From Bacilli bacterium (lineage in GTDB: Bacteria; Bacillota_I; Bacilli_A; ML615J-28; CAG-698), in contig DATESD010000128.1 of NCBI GenBank assembly GCA_035270985.1, positions 1 to 33,649 on the forward strand: a DNA stretch of 33,649 bases. Direction: 5' to 3'. Made by a program: the position numbers and the translations under genes. The notes under the pieces are model-generated. The model was not told the origin of the DNA. It saw nothing but the letters and a program-made list of their open reading frames with translations, and did not search any database. Below, piece after piece: positions 1-7,814 of the stretch. Positions within the stretch are counted from its first letter, which is position 1. Each line of letters begins with the position of its first letter.

Positions 1-742
1 TATTAAATGTTTCTGAGAAATCTAATTTTTGTAATTTTGCTTGATCTTCGGCGTATGTTAGCGATGATTCGGGATTTTTTTCAATCTTTCTGACATGAAG
101 TCTTGTAAATAAACATAAGATAAAATACATGAAGATAAAAATGATAATTCTAAACCAAATTCCATCAAGAAGATTAATTCCCATTTCGTTAGAGCCTAAT
201 CCAACTGAGAAGGGGTTAGTGATCGCTGAAGAAAACCCAAAGCCTGCTGCTAGTAAACACATTGATAAACCAGTAAATGTATCCCACCCCATTGCCAGGG
301 CCAAAAAAACGATAATTGGTAAGAGAGTTACTGATTCTTCAAAGATTCCGAACAAGGCGCCAAAAAGCATAAAGACAAGTATCATAGCATAAATTAAGAG
401 ATATTTTCTTTTGGCAAATTTCTTTACTAAAAAGCCAATTATTGAATTTAGACCTTTAGTTTTATCAATAACGTTAAAAGCCCCGCCTAATATTAGCAAA
501 AAGATGGAGATAACGATAATGTTTATTCCCCCAGTGCTCGCAAGAGCTAGAAATGGTGACAAAATGAAACTAAAGAAAGAATATCCTTTTCCTTCGAGAG
601 CAATATAATTCAAGTTGGCATCAAAATATCCTTTGGGGATAATATAAGTTAATCCATAAGATAATAACATGAAGCCAATGAGGATAACACAAACAGTAAT
701 AAAGGACCTTTTATTAATTTTAATTACTTTTTCTTCATTCAT
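1..742 (-). CDS. YfcC/DcuC-like integral membrane transporter, N-terminal part. The gene runs off the left edge of the window.
   Basis: I translated the minus strand by hand from the ATG at 742: MNEEKVIKINKRSFITVCVILIGFMLLSYGLTYIIPKGYFDANLNYIALEGKGYSFFSFILSPFLALASTGGINII... It stays open to position 1, is strongly hydrophobic and resembles YfcC-family N-termini. It starts 3 nt after the stop of the upstream minus-strand gene. It is missing from the ORF track only because it has no stop inside the window. Confidence 0.7.
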   Translation of the reverse strand, partial: MNEEKVIKINKRSFITVCVILIGFMLLSYGLTYIIPKGYFDANLNYIALEGKGYSFFSFILSPFLALASTGGINIIVISIFLLILGGAFNVIDKTKGLNSIIGFLVKKFAKRKYLLIYAMILVFMLFGALFGIFEESVTLLPIIVFLALAMGWDTFTGLSMCLLAAGFGFSSAITNPFSVGLGSNEMGINLLDGIWFRIIIFIFMYFILCLFTRLHVRKIEKNPESSLTYAEDQAKLQKLDFSETFN

Positions 743-745
743 TAT

Positions 746-2869
746 CTACTCCATTAGGTTTATATTGTTATCTTTGATATACTTTTGATAAATTAATTCT
801 CCGACAACAGACCATTTCACGCATTCTCTAATATTTTCGGGAATGAAATAATAAAGAGTATTATGATCATAGATTTCAAAATCCTCGCCAACCCCAAAAG
901 GAATTGCTGGAAGACCACTAATCTTGAAGAATAATTCTTTATCTTCGCCATTGATAGTCCCATGATAGCGGACCCCTAGGTGAGTTAAGGTTGTAGTCCC
1001 CTGACCGACAATTTTAAATCCTCGGCCGGCAAGATCCGGGTGTTTTAACGTAACTTTACTAGTCAATGAATAATCTGGACTAGCTATTCGTTTATTTTCA
1101 TATTCCTTTTGCCATAAGTACCATTCTTTGATGTTATTTGGAATGCTACGATTATTGCTAACTAAATCATAATAATTATTTAATTTAATTTCCGTATGAC
1201 AATGCGAACAAGTTATTGTATCATTATAAGCTTCATAACTATATTCTTGATGGCATATTGGGCAAATATATAAGATCTGCTCTAAACCTTCAGCAAATTT
1301 TCGCCCCTTATATTTAACTCGTTTTTCTGCCTGCCAAGCAAATTCATCATAATAAATTTCTTCTACTAGATGTTGATAAATCTCATCAACAGTTAATGTT
1401 TCCAACTGCTCAGCGCTAAAAATTTCCTTATATTCAACTTCAACGCGCCCGCGACGCCAAGATTTCGCCCATTTTGGAATTGAGAAGTATGCACCATTTA
1501 TTTTTGAAATGATAACTTGAACGCCAAGTTTTTTAATCAACTTTGCGGTTGAAGGAATTATTGTTTCTAATTCGCCATAGGCGCTTAAACGGCCTTCGGG
1601 AGCTAAACCTAAAATTCCGTTATTTTTCATAACCCGGGAAATATTTTTAATCGCACTAATATCTGGTTGAAAAAGATATTTAGGAAATCCGCCAATTCTC
1701 CTTAGGAGTTTTCCTAAGTGACGATTACAAAAATAGTAATAGGCAACAACAGTATTAACTTTATTTTGGGGGTAATACGGTAAAAAAGAAAACATAAAAT
1801 CAAGTTTTGAAGGATGATTAAAAAGCAAGATACTTGGCCGCTCAACTTTAGGTAAATTAGTTTTATTTACCTTGACATTAAACCGTATAAAAAAGTATAT
1901 TTTCATGAAGAAAGCCAAGAAATTATATAAAGCTTTATTTATTTTTTGTACAGGACCTTGAAAATAGGCCATATTATACTTTTTGTTCCTTTTTTCAAAT
2001 ATCCTTGAAAGACCTTTATTGAAGATTAAATAGAGGATGACTAATAAGAGAATACTACCGTAAGTTATTAATAAACCTAAAACATTTTTATCAAAAAAGA
2101 AATAGATAACTAAAATAAAGGGAACTAGAAAAATTAACGACCAAATTAATGAGGCTCTAATACTTCTATTAGTCAGATGGGCGATTATTTTTTTCCCGAA
2201 TTTCGATGCTACCATGGAAATTAAGAATATTCCGAGAATTAAAAGTAGCGAAGCAGTGGAAAAATCATGGAGAATAAACGATCCTAGAGGGATACATATT
2301 ATTAGCGAAGGAATAGTTCCTAAGGTAGTAAGCAGCGAATACTTAATGAAATTAGTTTTACTATCAGCAGCGCGATAAGCGATGATTCCATAAGGAATAA
2401 TCGGAGCAAAATATAAAGCTAAAATAAACAAATAGAAACCCTCGTGAGGTTTTTTATCAGGAATAGTGCTAAGTTTAGTAATTTGTTTTTCATTATATAA
2501 AAAGGCTGGTTGTGCTTTAAACACTCTTACGAGAAGGAAAATGATTGTGTTTCCCACAAAAATTCCGGCTAAGCAACTGACAAATCCAAGATAGCGACCA
2601 CAAGTTAATCCAGCTAGTATTTGCACAGGCTCAGCAGGAACAATCGTTAGTAAAACTTGAAATGCATGAAGAATAGCGATGAAAAAATACCGCCAAATGC
2701 CATAACTTTCGACTTTAGTTTGTAAAACGGAAAAATCATCAGTTTTAATGAAAAGCCGCATCGGTTCATAAAAATCAATGCTAATAAGAGTGAAAATTAT
2801 TAGTAAACCAACAACGACAAGGTATTTAAGGAAGTGCTTTTGTTTGTTTAGTTTTTTAATTGTGTCCAT
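746..2869 (-). CDS. Multidomain membrane protein: N-terminal VTT/DedA (TVP38/TMEM64-like) domain, then a PlsC-type lysophospholipid acyltransferase, then a C-terminal domain with a zinc ribbon.
   Basis: 707-aa ORF. The N-terminal stretch ...VPAEPVQILAGLTCGRYLGFVSCLAGIFVGNTIIFLLVR looks like a VTT/DedA domain and is followed by several TM helices. Acyltransferase motifs are present: HX4D (FNHPSKLDF), GGFP and PEG (LAPEGRLS). A CxxC...CxxC ribbon follows (CPICHQEY...CSHCH). Confidence 0.75.
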   Translation of the reverse strand: MDTIKKLNKQKHFLKYLVVVGLLIIFTLISIDFYEPMRLFIKTDDFSVLQTKVESYGIWRYFFIAILHAFQVLLTIVPAEPVQILAGLTCGRYLGFVSCLAGIFVGNTIIFLLVRVFKAQPAFLYNEKQITKLSTIPDKKPHEGFYLFILALYFAPIIPYGIIAYRAADSKTNFIKYSLLTTLGTIPSLIICIPLGSFILHDFSTASLLLILGIFLISMVASKFGKKIIAHLTNRSIRASLIWSLIFLVPFILVIYFFFDKNVLGLLITYGSILLLVILYLIFNKGLSRIFEKRNKKYNMAYFQGPVQKINKALYNFLAFFMKIYFFIRFNVKVNKTNLPKVERPSILLFNHPSKLDFMFSFLPYYPQNKVNTVVAYYYFCNRHLGKLLRRIGGFPKYLFQPDISAIKNISRVMKNNGILGLAPEGRLSAYGELETIIPSTAKLIKKLGVQVIISKINGAYFSIPKWAKSWRRGRVEVEYKEIFSAEQLETLTVDEIYQHLVEEIYYDEFAWQAEKRVKYKGRKFAEGLEQILYICPICHQEYSYEAYNDTITCSHCHTEIKLNNYYDLVSNNRSIPNNIKEWYLWQKEYENKRIASPDYSLTSKVTLKHPDLAGRGFKIVGQGTTTLTHLGVRYHGTINGEDKELFFKISGLPAIPFGVGEDFEIYDHNTLYYFIPENIRECVKWSVVGELIYQKYIKDNNINLME

Positions 2870-2899
2870 AATTATTTTCTCTTTCCTATAATAGTAAAC

Positions 2900-2928
2900 A
2901 TTATATCATAATGAAATGGATTTGTTAA
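2900..2928 (-). promoter_or_regulatory. Sigma-70 promoter for the minus-strand VTT-PlsC/YfcC operon.
   Basis: On the minus strand: TTAACA (2928-2923), a 17-nt spacer, then TGaTATAAT (-10 at 2905-2900). Confidence 0.5.
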
Positions 2929-2978
2929 TAGTTAAAGGCAAATATTGATAATGCAAATATAAATAATTTGCAAGACCT

Positions 2979-3007
2979 TTGCTAATATAAAGGGGAAATG
3001 GTATAAT
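2979..3007 (+). promoter_or_regulatory. Sigma-70 promoter for the GNAT-like gene.
   Basis: TTGCTA (2979-2984), a 17-nt spacer, then TGgTATAAT (-10 at 3002-3007). An AGGAG RBS lies upstream of the ATG at 3030. Confidence 0.55.
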
Positions 3008-3029
3008 ATATAAAAATAAGGAGAAATAT

Positions 3030-4148
3030 ATGCAAATTGTTGAAGTAATAAAGAAAAAAGATATTAAGAAATTTATAGATTTTCCCAACAAACTATACAT
3101 GGACAATCCTTATTACGTACCGTGTATTTTTATGGATGAAATGAACAATTTAAATCCCAAGAAAAACCCTGCTTATCAGTATGCAGAAACAAAGTTATTC
3201 CTCGCTTATGATGGTAAAAAAATTGTTGGTCGGATTTGCGGATTAATTAATCATGCCTATAATCAAAAGAAAAATGTTAAGCAAATAAGATTTACTCGCT
3301 TTGATGTGATTGATGATATTGAAATTACTAAGGCGCTAATAAATGCGGTAATGGACTGGGGAAGAAGTAGAGAAATTTTTCAACTAATTGGACCAATTGG
3401 TTTTAGTGATTTAGATAAGCAAGGGATGCTAGTTGACGGATTTACGGAAATGAGCAATTCGCTAACTTTATATAATCATGAATATTATGTTAAACATTTA
3501 GAACAAATTGGTTTTAAAAAAGATGCTGATTGGGTAGAATACCAAGTGTTTACTCCCCAAGAAATGAACGAAAGAATAAGTAAACTGGCGAAAATAATCC
3601 AAAAGCGTTACGAATATAAAATAGTAAAAGCCAAAAATGGCCGCGAAGCTAAACCGTACGCTTATGAAGTTTTTAATTTAGTTAACGAATCGTTCGCCCA
3701 TTTGTATGGCGTCGTGAAACTTACTGACAAACAAATTAGGGGTACAGTTAAGCAGTTTATCACTTTGATTAATTTTGAATATTGTTACATTATTACCGAT
3801 AAAAATGATTTAATGATTGGGTTTGGCGCCTTAACTCCATCTATCAATGAAGCCTTAAGGAAATCACGGGGCCGACTTTTCCCTTTCGGTGCCCTAAGAA
3901 TTTTAAAGGCCACAAAAAAAGGCGAAGTTTTAGATATGTATATCTTAGCGGTTAAACCTGAATATCAAAATTTAGGCGTTAACGCTTTAATTTTATGCGA
4001 AGGCATTAAGTCAGCAATTAAAAATGGAATTAAATACGCTGAGACAGGCCCAGAACTAGAGACTAATCATAGTGTTCGCGATCAATGGAAAGAGTTTGAT
4101 GTTCGTCAACACCGTCGTCGCCGTTCATGGATTATTGATTTTAAATAA
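3030..4148 (+). CDS. GNAT-superfamily acyl-CoA N-acyltransferase-like protein of about 370 aa, from an uncharacterised family.
   Basis: 372-aa ORF. Its N-terminus (VIKKKDIKKFIDFPNKLYMDNPYYVPCIFMDEM...KKNPAY...FLAYDGKKIVGRICG) matches from memory a widespread family annotated 'GNAT family N-acetyltransferase'. A C-terminal GNAT-like core is present (YILAVKPEYQNLGVNALI). Its substrate is unknown. Confidence 0.6.
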   Translation: MQIVEVIKKKDIKKFIDFPNKLYMDNPYYVPCIFMDEMNNLNPKKNPAYQYAETKLFLAYDGKKIVGRICGLINHAYNQKKNVKQIRFTRFDVIDDIEITKALINAVMDWGRSREIFQLIGPIGFSDLDKQGMLVDGFTEMSNSLTLYNHEYYVKHLEQIGFKKDADWVEYQVFTPQEMNERISKLAKIIQKRYEYKIVKAKNGREAKPYAYEVFNLVNESFAHLYGVVKLTDKQIRGTVKQFITLINFEYCYIITDKNDLMIGFGALTPSINEALRKSRGRLFPFGALRILKATKKGEVLDMYILAVKPEYQNLGVNALILCEGIKSAIKNGIKYAETGPELETNHSVRDQWKEFDVRQHRRRRSWIIDFK

Positions 4149-4195
4149 AATTCAGAGTTAAAGTGTTTTAAAATAAGTGCTGATTATAAAGAAAT

Positions 4196-4219
4196 GGGAA
4201 AAGTATGATTACTTTTCCC
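4196..4219. terminator. Hairpin between convergent genes; candidate bidirectional terminator.
   Basis: GGGAAAAGT (4196-4204) pairs with ACTTTTCCC (4211-4219) around a 6-nt loop. A/T-rich flanks on both sides. Confidence 0.55.
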
Positions 4220-4277
4220 AAATTGTTTTGTTAGAATTTTTTTATTGAATAACAAATATTATTAAAACCACGATTTA

Positions 4278-4505
4278 TTACTGCTTTAAGTGGGCAAAAA
4301 CTGTTACTTTTCCTACTTTGCAAATTGTATAAATATCAACAATCCATAAAATAACGGTGCCAAAAATAATCCAAACTATTCCCGCGACAATTTGACCTTT
4401 TCCTAGGCGGTAAATGCCATAGAAAATTCCGTCAAGTATTGGCAAGGCGAAGAAAAGTTTTAATATAAAAGGTAGTCGGTCAAAGAAATTTATGTATTTT
4501 ACCAT
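4278..4505 (-). CDS. Small (75 aa) two-TM membrane protein, TM2-like.
   Basis: The ORF has a GGAGG RBS (complement of 4511-4515) and two hydrophobic helices. The ...YRLGKGQIVAGIVWIIFGTVILWIVD... pattern resembles TM2-type small membrane proteins. Confidence 0.5.
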   Translation of the reverse strand: MVKYINFFDRLPFILKLFFALPILDGIFYGIYRLGKGQIVAGIVWIIFGTVILWIVDIYTICKVGKVTVFAHLKQ

Positions 4506-4602
4506 ATTGTCCTCCGTTTTCTATTATATTATATCATATAAATAGGAGTAAGGAAAGGCAAATATAGTATTTTAAAGGGATCAGAAAATAAAAAAATATA
4601 AA

Positions 4603-4631
4603 TTGACACAGCAAGGGAAAAGGTGTATAAT
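4603..4631 (+). promoter_or_regulatory. Consensus sigma-70 promoter of the rplU operon.
   Basis: TTGACA (4603-4608), a 17-nt spacer, then TATAAT (4626-4631). Confidence 0.75.
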
Positions 4632-4637
4632 ATCTAT

Positions 4638-4737
4638 GTTGTGAAAAATAGCACAACCGCACATAAAAGGTTTTAAAGTAACTAATGTTCACCTTAGTTG
4701 GCGTGTCTTATAAAAAAAACGAGGAGGTGCGTGTATA
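4638..4737 (+). promoter_or_regulatory. Structured 5' leader of rplU-prp-rpmA; probable L21-leader-type ribosomal protein autoregulatory RNA.
   Basis: About 100 nt of UTR between the promoter and the ATG. Hairpin 1: GTTGTG (4638-4643) with CACAAC (4652-4657). Hairpin 2: TAACTAA (4679-4685) with TTAGTTG (4695-4701). CGCAC (4659-4663) could pair with GTGCG (4727-4731), which lies next to the GGAGG SD. Position and size fit the Firmicute L21 leader. No covariance model was run. Confidence 0.45.
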
Positions 4738-5037
4738 ATGTATGCAATTATTGAAACTGGCGGTAAACAATATCGAGTTCAAGAGAATGATATCATTTTC
4801 ATTGAAAAATTAGATGTTGAAGCAGCTGAACAAGTTGTTTTTGATAAGGTTTTGATGGTAAACGACAAGATTGGAACACCATATGTAAAGGGTGCGAAAG
4901 TTACTGGCGTTATTGAAAAAAACGGTAGAGCAAAAAAGATTATCGTTTATAAATACAAATCAAAAAAGAATTATCATAAAAAGCAAGGTCATCGTCAACC
5001 GTATACTAAAGTTCAAATTACGGCTATCGAAGGTTAA
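4738..5037 (+). CDS. rplU: 50S ribosomal protein L21.
   Basis: [14 protein letters not shown]... is the canonical L21 N-terminus. 99 aa, with a strong GAGGAGG RBS. Confidence 0.97.
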   Translation: MYAIIETGGKQYRVQENDIIFIEKLDVEAAEQVVFDKVLMVNDKIGTPYVKGAKVTGVIEKNGRAKKIIVYKYKSKKNYHKKQGHRQPYTKVQITAIEG

Positions 5038-5039
5038 TA

Positions 5040-5357
5040 ATGATAACTGTCAATGTTTATAGAGATGAAAACGGAAAGATCAATGATGTTTTTGTCAGTG
5101 GCCACTCAGGTTACGATGAAAATGGTAAAGACATTGTTTGTAGTGCTGTTTCTACAGCTGTATTATTGACGGCTAGTTTAATAGAAAAGATTTGTCCAAA
5201 ATATAGTTTTGTGACAGATGAGAAAAAAGTTACAATGACATTAAAACTGCTGGAATCAAATGAAGTTAGTAATATTGTTATTGAAAACTTGGTTGATTTT
5301 TTAGAAAGTTTAAAAGAAAATTACACAAAATACATTAAAATAAAATATATAAAATAG
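5040..5357 (+). CDS. prp: Ribosomal-processing cysteine protease Prp (YsxB family).
   Basis: 105 aa, located between rplU and rpmA. The conserved GHSGY...VCSAVS His/Cys dyad motifs are present. Confidence 0.9.
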   Translation: MITVNVYRDENGKINDVFVSGHSGYDENGKDIVCSAVSTAVLLTASLIEKICPKYSFVTDEKKVTMTLKLLESNEVSNIVIENLVDFLESLKENYTKYIKIKYIK

Positions 5358-5368
5358 GAGGTAATCTC

Positions 5369-5650
5369 ATGTTTAAGATAAATATTCAGTTTTTTGCATC
5401 AAAAAAAGCTGCAGGTTCAACAAGAAATGGTAGAGATTCCCATGCTAAAAGATTAGGTGCTAAAAAAGCTGATGGAGAATTTGCAACTGCCGGTTCAATT
5501 ATCTATCGCCAACGGGGAACATTAATTTTCCCAGGGACTAATGTTGGCATTGGTGGAGACGATACTTTATTTGCAACCATTACTGGCTATGTAAAGTATG
5601 AGCGTAAAGGCAGAGATAAAAAACAAGTTTCTGTTTACGAAGTAAGATAA
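5369..5650 (+). CDS. rpmA: 50S ribosomal protein L27 with an N-terminal propeptide.
   Basis: [24 protein letters not shown]... contains the Firmicute-type Prp cleavage motif (FF/ASKK) followed by the canonical L27 core. Confidence 0.97.
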   Translation: MFKINIQFFASKKAAGSTRNGRDSHAKRLGAKKADGEFATAGSIIYRQRGTLIFPGTNVGIGGDDTLFATITGYVKYERKGRDKKQVSVYEVR

Positions 5651-5658
5651 GATATAAC

Positions 5659-5685
5659 ATGCACTTAGTTTAAGTGCATTTTTTT
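5659..5685 (+). terminator. Rho-independent terminator after rpmA.
   Basis: ATGCACTTA (5659-5667) pairs with TAAGTGCAT (5671-5679) around a 3-nt loop. A T6 run follows (5680-5685). Confidence 0.8.
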
Positions 5686-5711
5686 AACTATCAAGAAAGG
5701 GGTGGGGTATA

Positions 5712-6989
5712 GTGTTTATAGATGATGTAACCTTATCCATTAAAGCAGGAGATGGCGGTAATGGAATTGTTGCTTTTCGTCGGGAAAAGTATGTTCCCAT
5801 GGGAGGACCAGCGGGAGGAAATGGTGGTCGCGGTGGCGATATCATTTTTGTTGGTGAAGAAGGATTAACTACTTTATTAGATTTAAGATTTACACGAATT
5901 GTTAAAGCTAAAAATGGCCAAAATGGCATGCATAAAGATTGTTTTGGTAAAAACGCTCTTGATGTATATGTGAAAGTGCCAATTGGTACTGTTGTTTATG
6001 ATTTAGAAAAGAAAATTATTATTGCGGATATTGTTCGCCATAAACAAGAAGCGCTAATTGCCCGTGGAGGTAAAGGTGGAAGAGGAAATTCTGCTTTTGC
6101 AACGCCAAGAACTCCTGCACCAGAGATATGTGAAAAAGGCTCACCAGGAGAAGAGAAACAGATTCGTGTTGAGTTAAAAGTACTAGCTGATGTCGGCTTA
6201 ATTGGTTTTCCGAGTGTGGGGAAATCAACACTGCTAGCAGCTGTTTCAGCGGCAACACCGAAAATAGGCGATTATCACTTTACAACAATTCATCCTAATT
6301 TAGGTGTAGTTAGAGCTAAAGATGGTCGTAGTTTTGTAATGGCTGATTTACCGGGTTTGATTGAAGGAGCAAGTGTTGGTATAGGGTTAGGCTTTCAGTT
6401 TTTAAAACATATAGAGAGAACTAAAGTATTAGTTCATATCATTGATATGGCCGCCACAGAAGGAAGAAATCCATATGACGATTATTTGAAAATAAATAGT
6501 GAATTAGAAAGCTATGATCCTGAGATTTTACTTCGTCCACAAATAATTGTTGCTAATAAAATGGATATTGCAGGATCTGAGAAAAATCTAGAAGAATTCA
6601 AGAAAAAAATCAAAGATAGTTCGGTTATTGCAATTAGTGCTTATACTAGAGGCAACCTAGATGAACTGCTATATAAGATTGTTGACGTCTTAGATTTTGA
6701 AAGAAATAAAAAAGTAGAAGATATTATTGCTGATAAAGTAGTTGAATATAAATTTGAATTACCAGAAATTCCTTTTACTATTGAAAAAAGTGATGATGGA
6801 GTATATAATGTAAGTGGTCCAGAAATTAAAAAACTACTTAACATTACTGATTTTAGCCGGGAAGAAAACATTAAATTATTAGCGAGAAAACTTCGAAAAC
6901 TTGGAGTTGATGATGAATTGCGTAAATTAGGCGTTAAAAATGGCGATACAGTAAGAATTATGGGCAATGAATTTGAATTTTTGGATTAA
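5712..6989 (+). CDS. obg: GTPase Obg/CgtA.
   Basis: GTG start. It has the Obg-fold glycine-rich N-terminus (GGNGGRGGDI), the G1 motif GFPSVGKST, DLPGLIEGA, NKMD and a C-terminal OCT domain. Confidence 0.96.
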   Translation: MFIDDVTLSIKAGDGGNGIVAFRREKYVPMGGPAGGNGGRGGDIIFVGEEGLTTLLDLRFTRIVKAKNGQNGMHKDCFGKNALDVYVKVPIGTVVYDLEKKIIIADIVRHKQEALIARGGKGGRGNSAFATPRTPAPEICEKGSPGEEKQIRVELKVLADVGLIGFPSVGKSTLLAAVSAATPKIGDYHFTTIHPNLGVVRAKDGRSFVMADLPGLIEGASVGIGLGFQFLKHIERTKVLVHIIDMAATEGRNPYDDYLKINSELESYDPEILLRPQIIVANKMDIAGSEKNLEEFKKKIKDSSVIAISAYTRGNLDELLYKIVDVLDFERNKKVEDIIADKVVEYKFELPEIPFTIEKSDDGVYNVSGPEIKKLLNITDFSREENIKLLARKLRKLGVDDELRKLGVKNGDTVRIMGNEFEFLD

Positions 6990-7063
6990 CCGATTAAAAG
7001 ATGCTATTTAAAAAAAGCATACTTGAATTAAAAAAACTAAAAAAAGGATAGGTTTTATCTATA

Positions 7064-7645
7064 ATGAAAAACACTATGAAAATTGCTTTTGCGGGCATAT
7101 TAATTGCATTAATGTTTGTTTTATCTTGGACAGTTTTAGGGATGATTCCTTTAGGACCTGTTAGTGTAACAACTGTTTTTATTCCTGTTTGTATTGGGAT
7201 TATCTTTTTTGATGATCTTAAATATGCGACTATATTTGGTCTTTTCTTTGGAATTGCCTCATTTGTTAGATCATTTGTTCCAAATGGCTTGCTTGATCCT
7301 TATTTTCAAAATCCTATTGTTTCCGTGTTACCCAGATTATTAGTTGGAATCCTAGGTTATTTAATATTCAAAGGATTATCTAAAACTATTAAAAGTAGAG
7401 TAGTCATTTCTTCCATAACTGGTGGGGCGGTTGCGCTTCTAAATACAATTTTGACAATGGGAACTTTGATTTTAGTTTACTTTAGTGATATCAGCCAACT
7501 CTTTGCTGATAACGGTAGTAGCATTCGCGCTGTTTTAGCATCAATAGCGCTCGTAAACATGTTACCAGAGATTGCTTTAGGAGTTATTTTAACCCCAGTT
7601 ATTATTAAAGTATTAGACAAATTAAACAATAAAAATTTGGAATAA
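7064..7645 (+). CDS. ECF-transporter S component (substrate-binding integral membrane subunit); substrate unknown.
   Basis: 193 aa with about 6 TM helices. N-terminal pattern IAFAGILIALMFVLS...IPLGPVSVTTVFIPVCIG is typical of ECF S components (PanT/RibU-like). No A/T module lies next to it. Confidence 0.55.
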   Translation: MKNTMKIAFAGILIALMFVLSWTVLGMIPLGPVSVTTVFIPVCIGIIFFDDLKYATIFGLFFGIASFVRSFVPNGLLDPYFQNPIVSVLPRLLVGILGYLIFKGLSKTIKSRVVISSITGGAVALLNTILTMGTLILVYFSDISQLFADNGSSIRAVLASIALVNMLPEIALGVILTPVIIKVLDKLNNKNLE

Positions 7646-7692
7646 AACTCAAGCAAAATAAAATTTTGCTTGCCTGAAAAATATTGAAAACA

Positions 7693-7721
7693 AAAGTTTG
7701 CAGTTAATATCTGCAAACTTT
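7693..7721 (+). terminator. Terminator-like hairpin after the ECF S-component gene. A second hairpin lies at 7650-7672.
   Basis: AAAGTTTGCAG (7693-7703) pairs with CTGCAAACTTT (7711-7721) around a 7-nt loop. Upstream, CAAGCAAAAT (7650-7659) pairs with ATTTTGCTTG (7663-7672). The U-tracts are weak. Confidence 0.5.
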
Positions 7722-7814
7722 ATTGTTATATAATTGCTTTTTTTTGAATAACTATTATATTGCCTTAAAATATGGTATAATAAAAATAATGATATTCAAT
7801 TTTAGGTGGAAAAC

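Noticed and set aside
129-608. Two plus-strand ORFs in the track (129-392 and 411-608).
   Set aside because: They lie antisense to a continuous, membrane-protein-like minus-strand reading frame (the YfcC-type gene, 742 down to 1). Their translations are low-complexity with no recognisable motifs or RBS.
2906-3106. A 66-aa minus-strand ORF spanning the divergent promoter region and the start of the GNAT gene.
   Set aside because: It overlaps both promoters and the GNAT RBS and start, has no RBS, and its hydrophobic AT-rich translation is typical of noise.
5684-6967. Minus-strand ORFs inside obg (5684-5929, 6019-6258 and 6641-6967).
   Set aside because: They are antisense to a full-length, motif-rich Obg gene. 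Their products are Pro/Ser/Leu-rich mirror translations with no start signals.
7806-7814. The GTG at 7806 as the mutS start, as given in the ORF track.
   Set aside because: That GTG lies inside the AGGTGG Shine-Dalgarno-like sequence (7804-7809), which is correctly spaced for the ATG at 7815. The ATG start is more plausible, although the GTG cannot be excluded.
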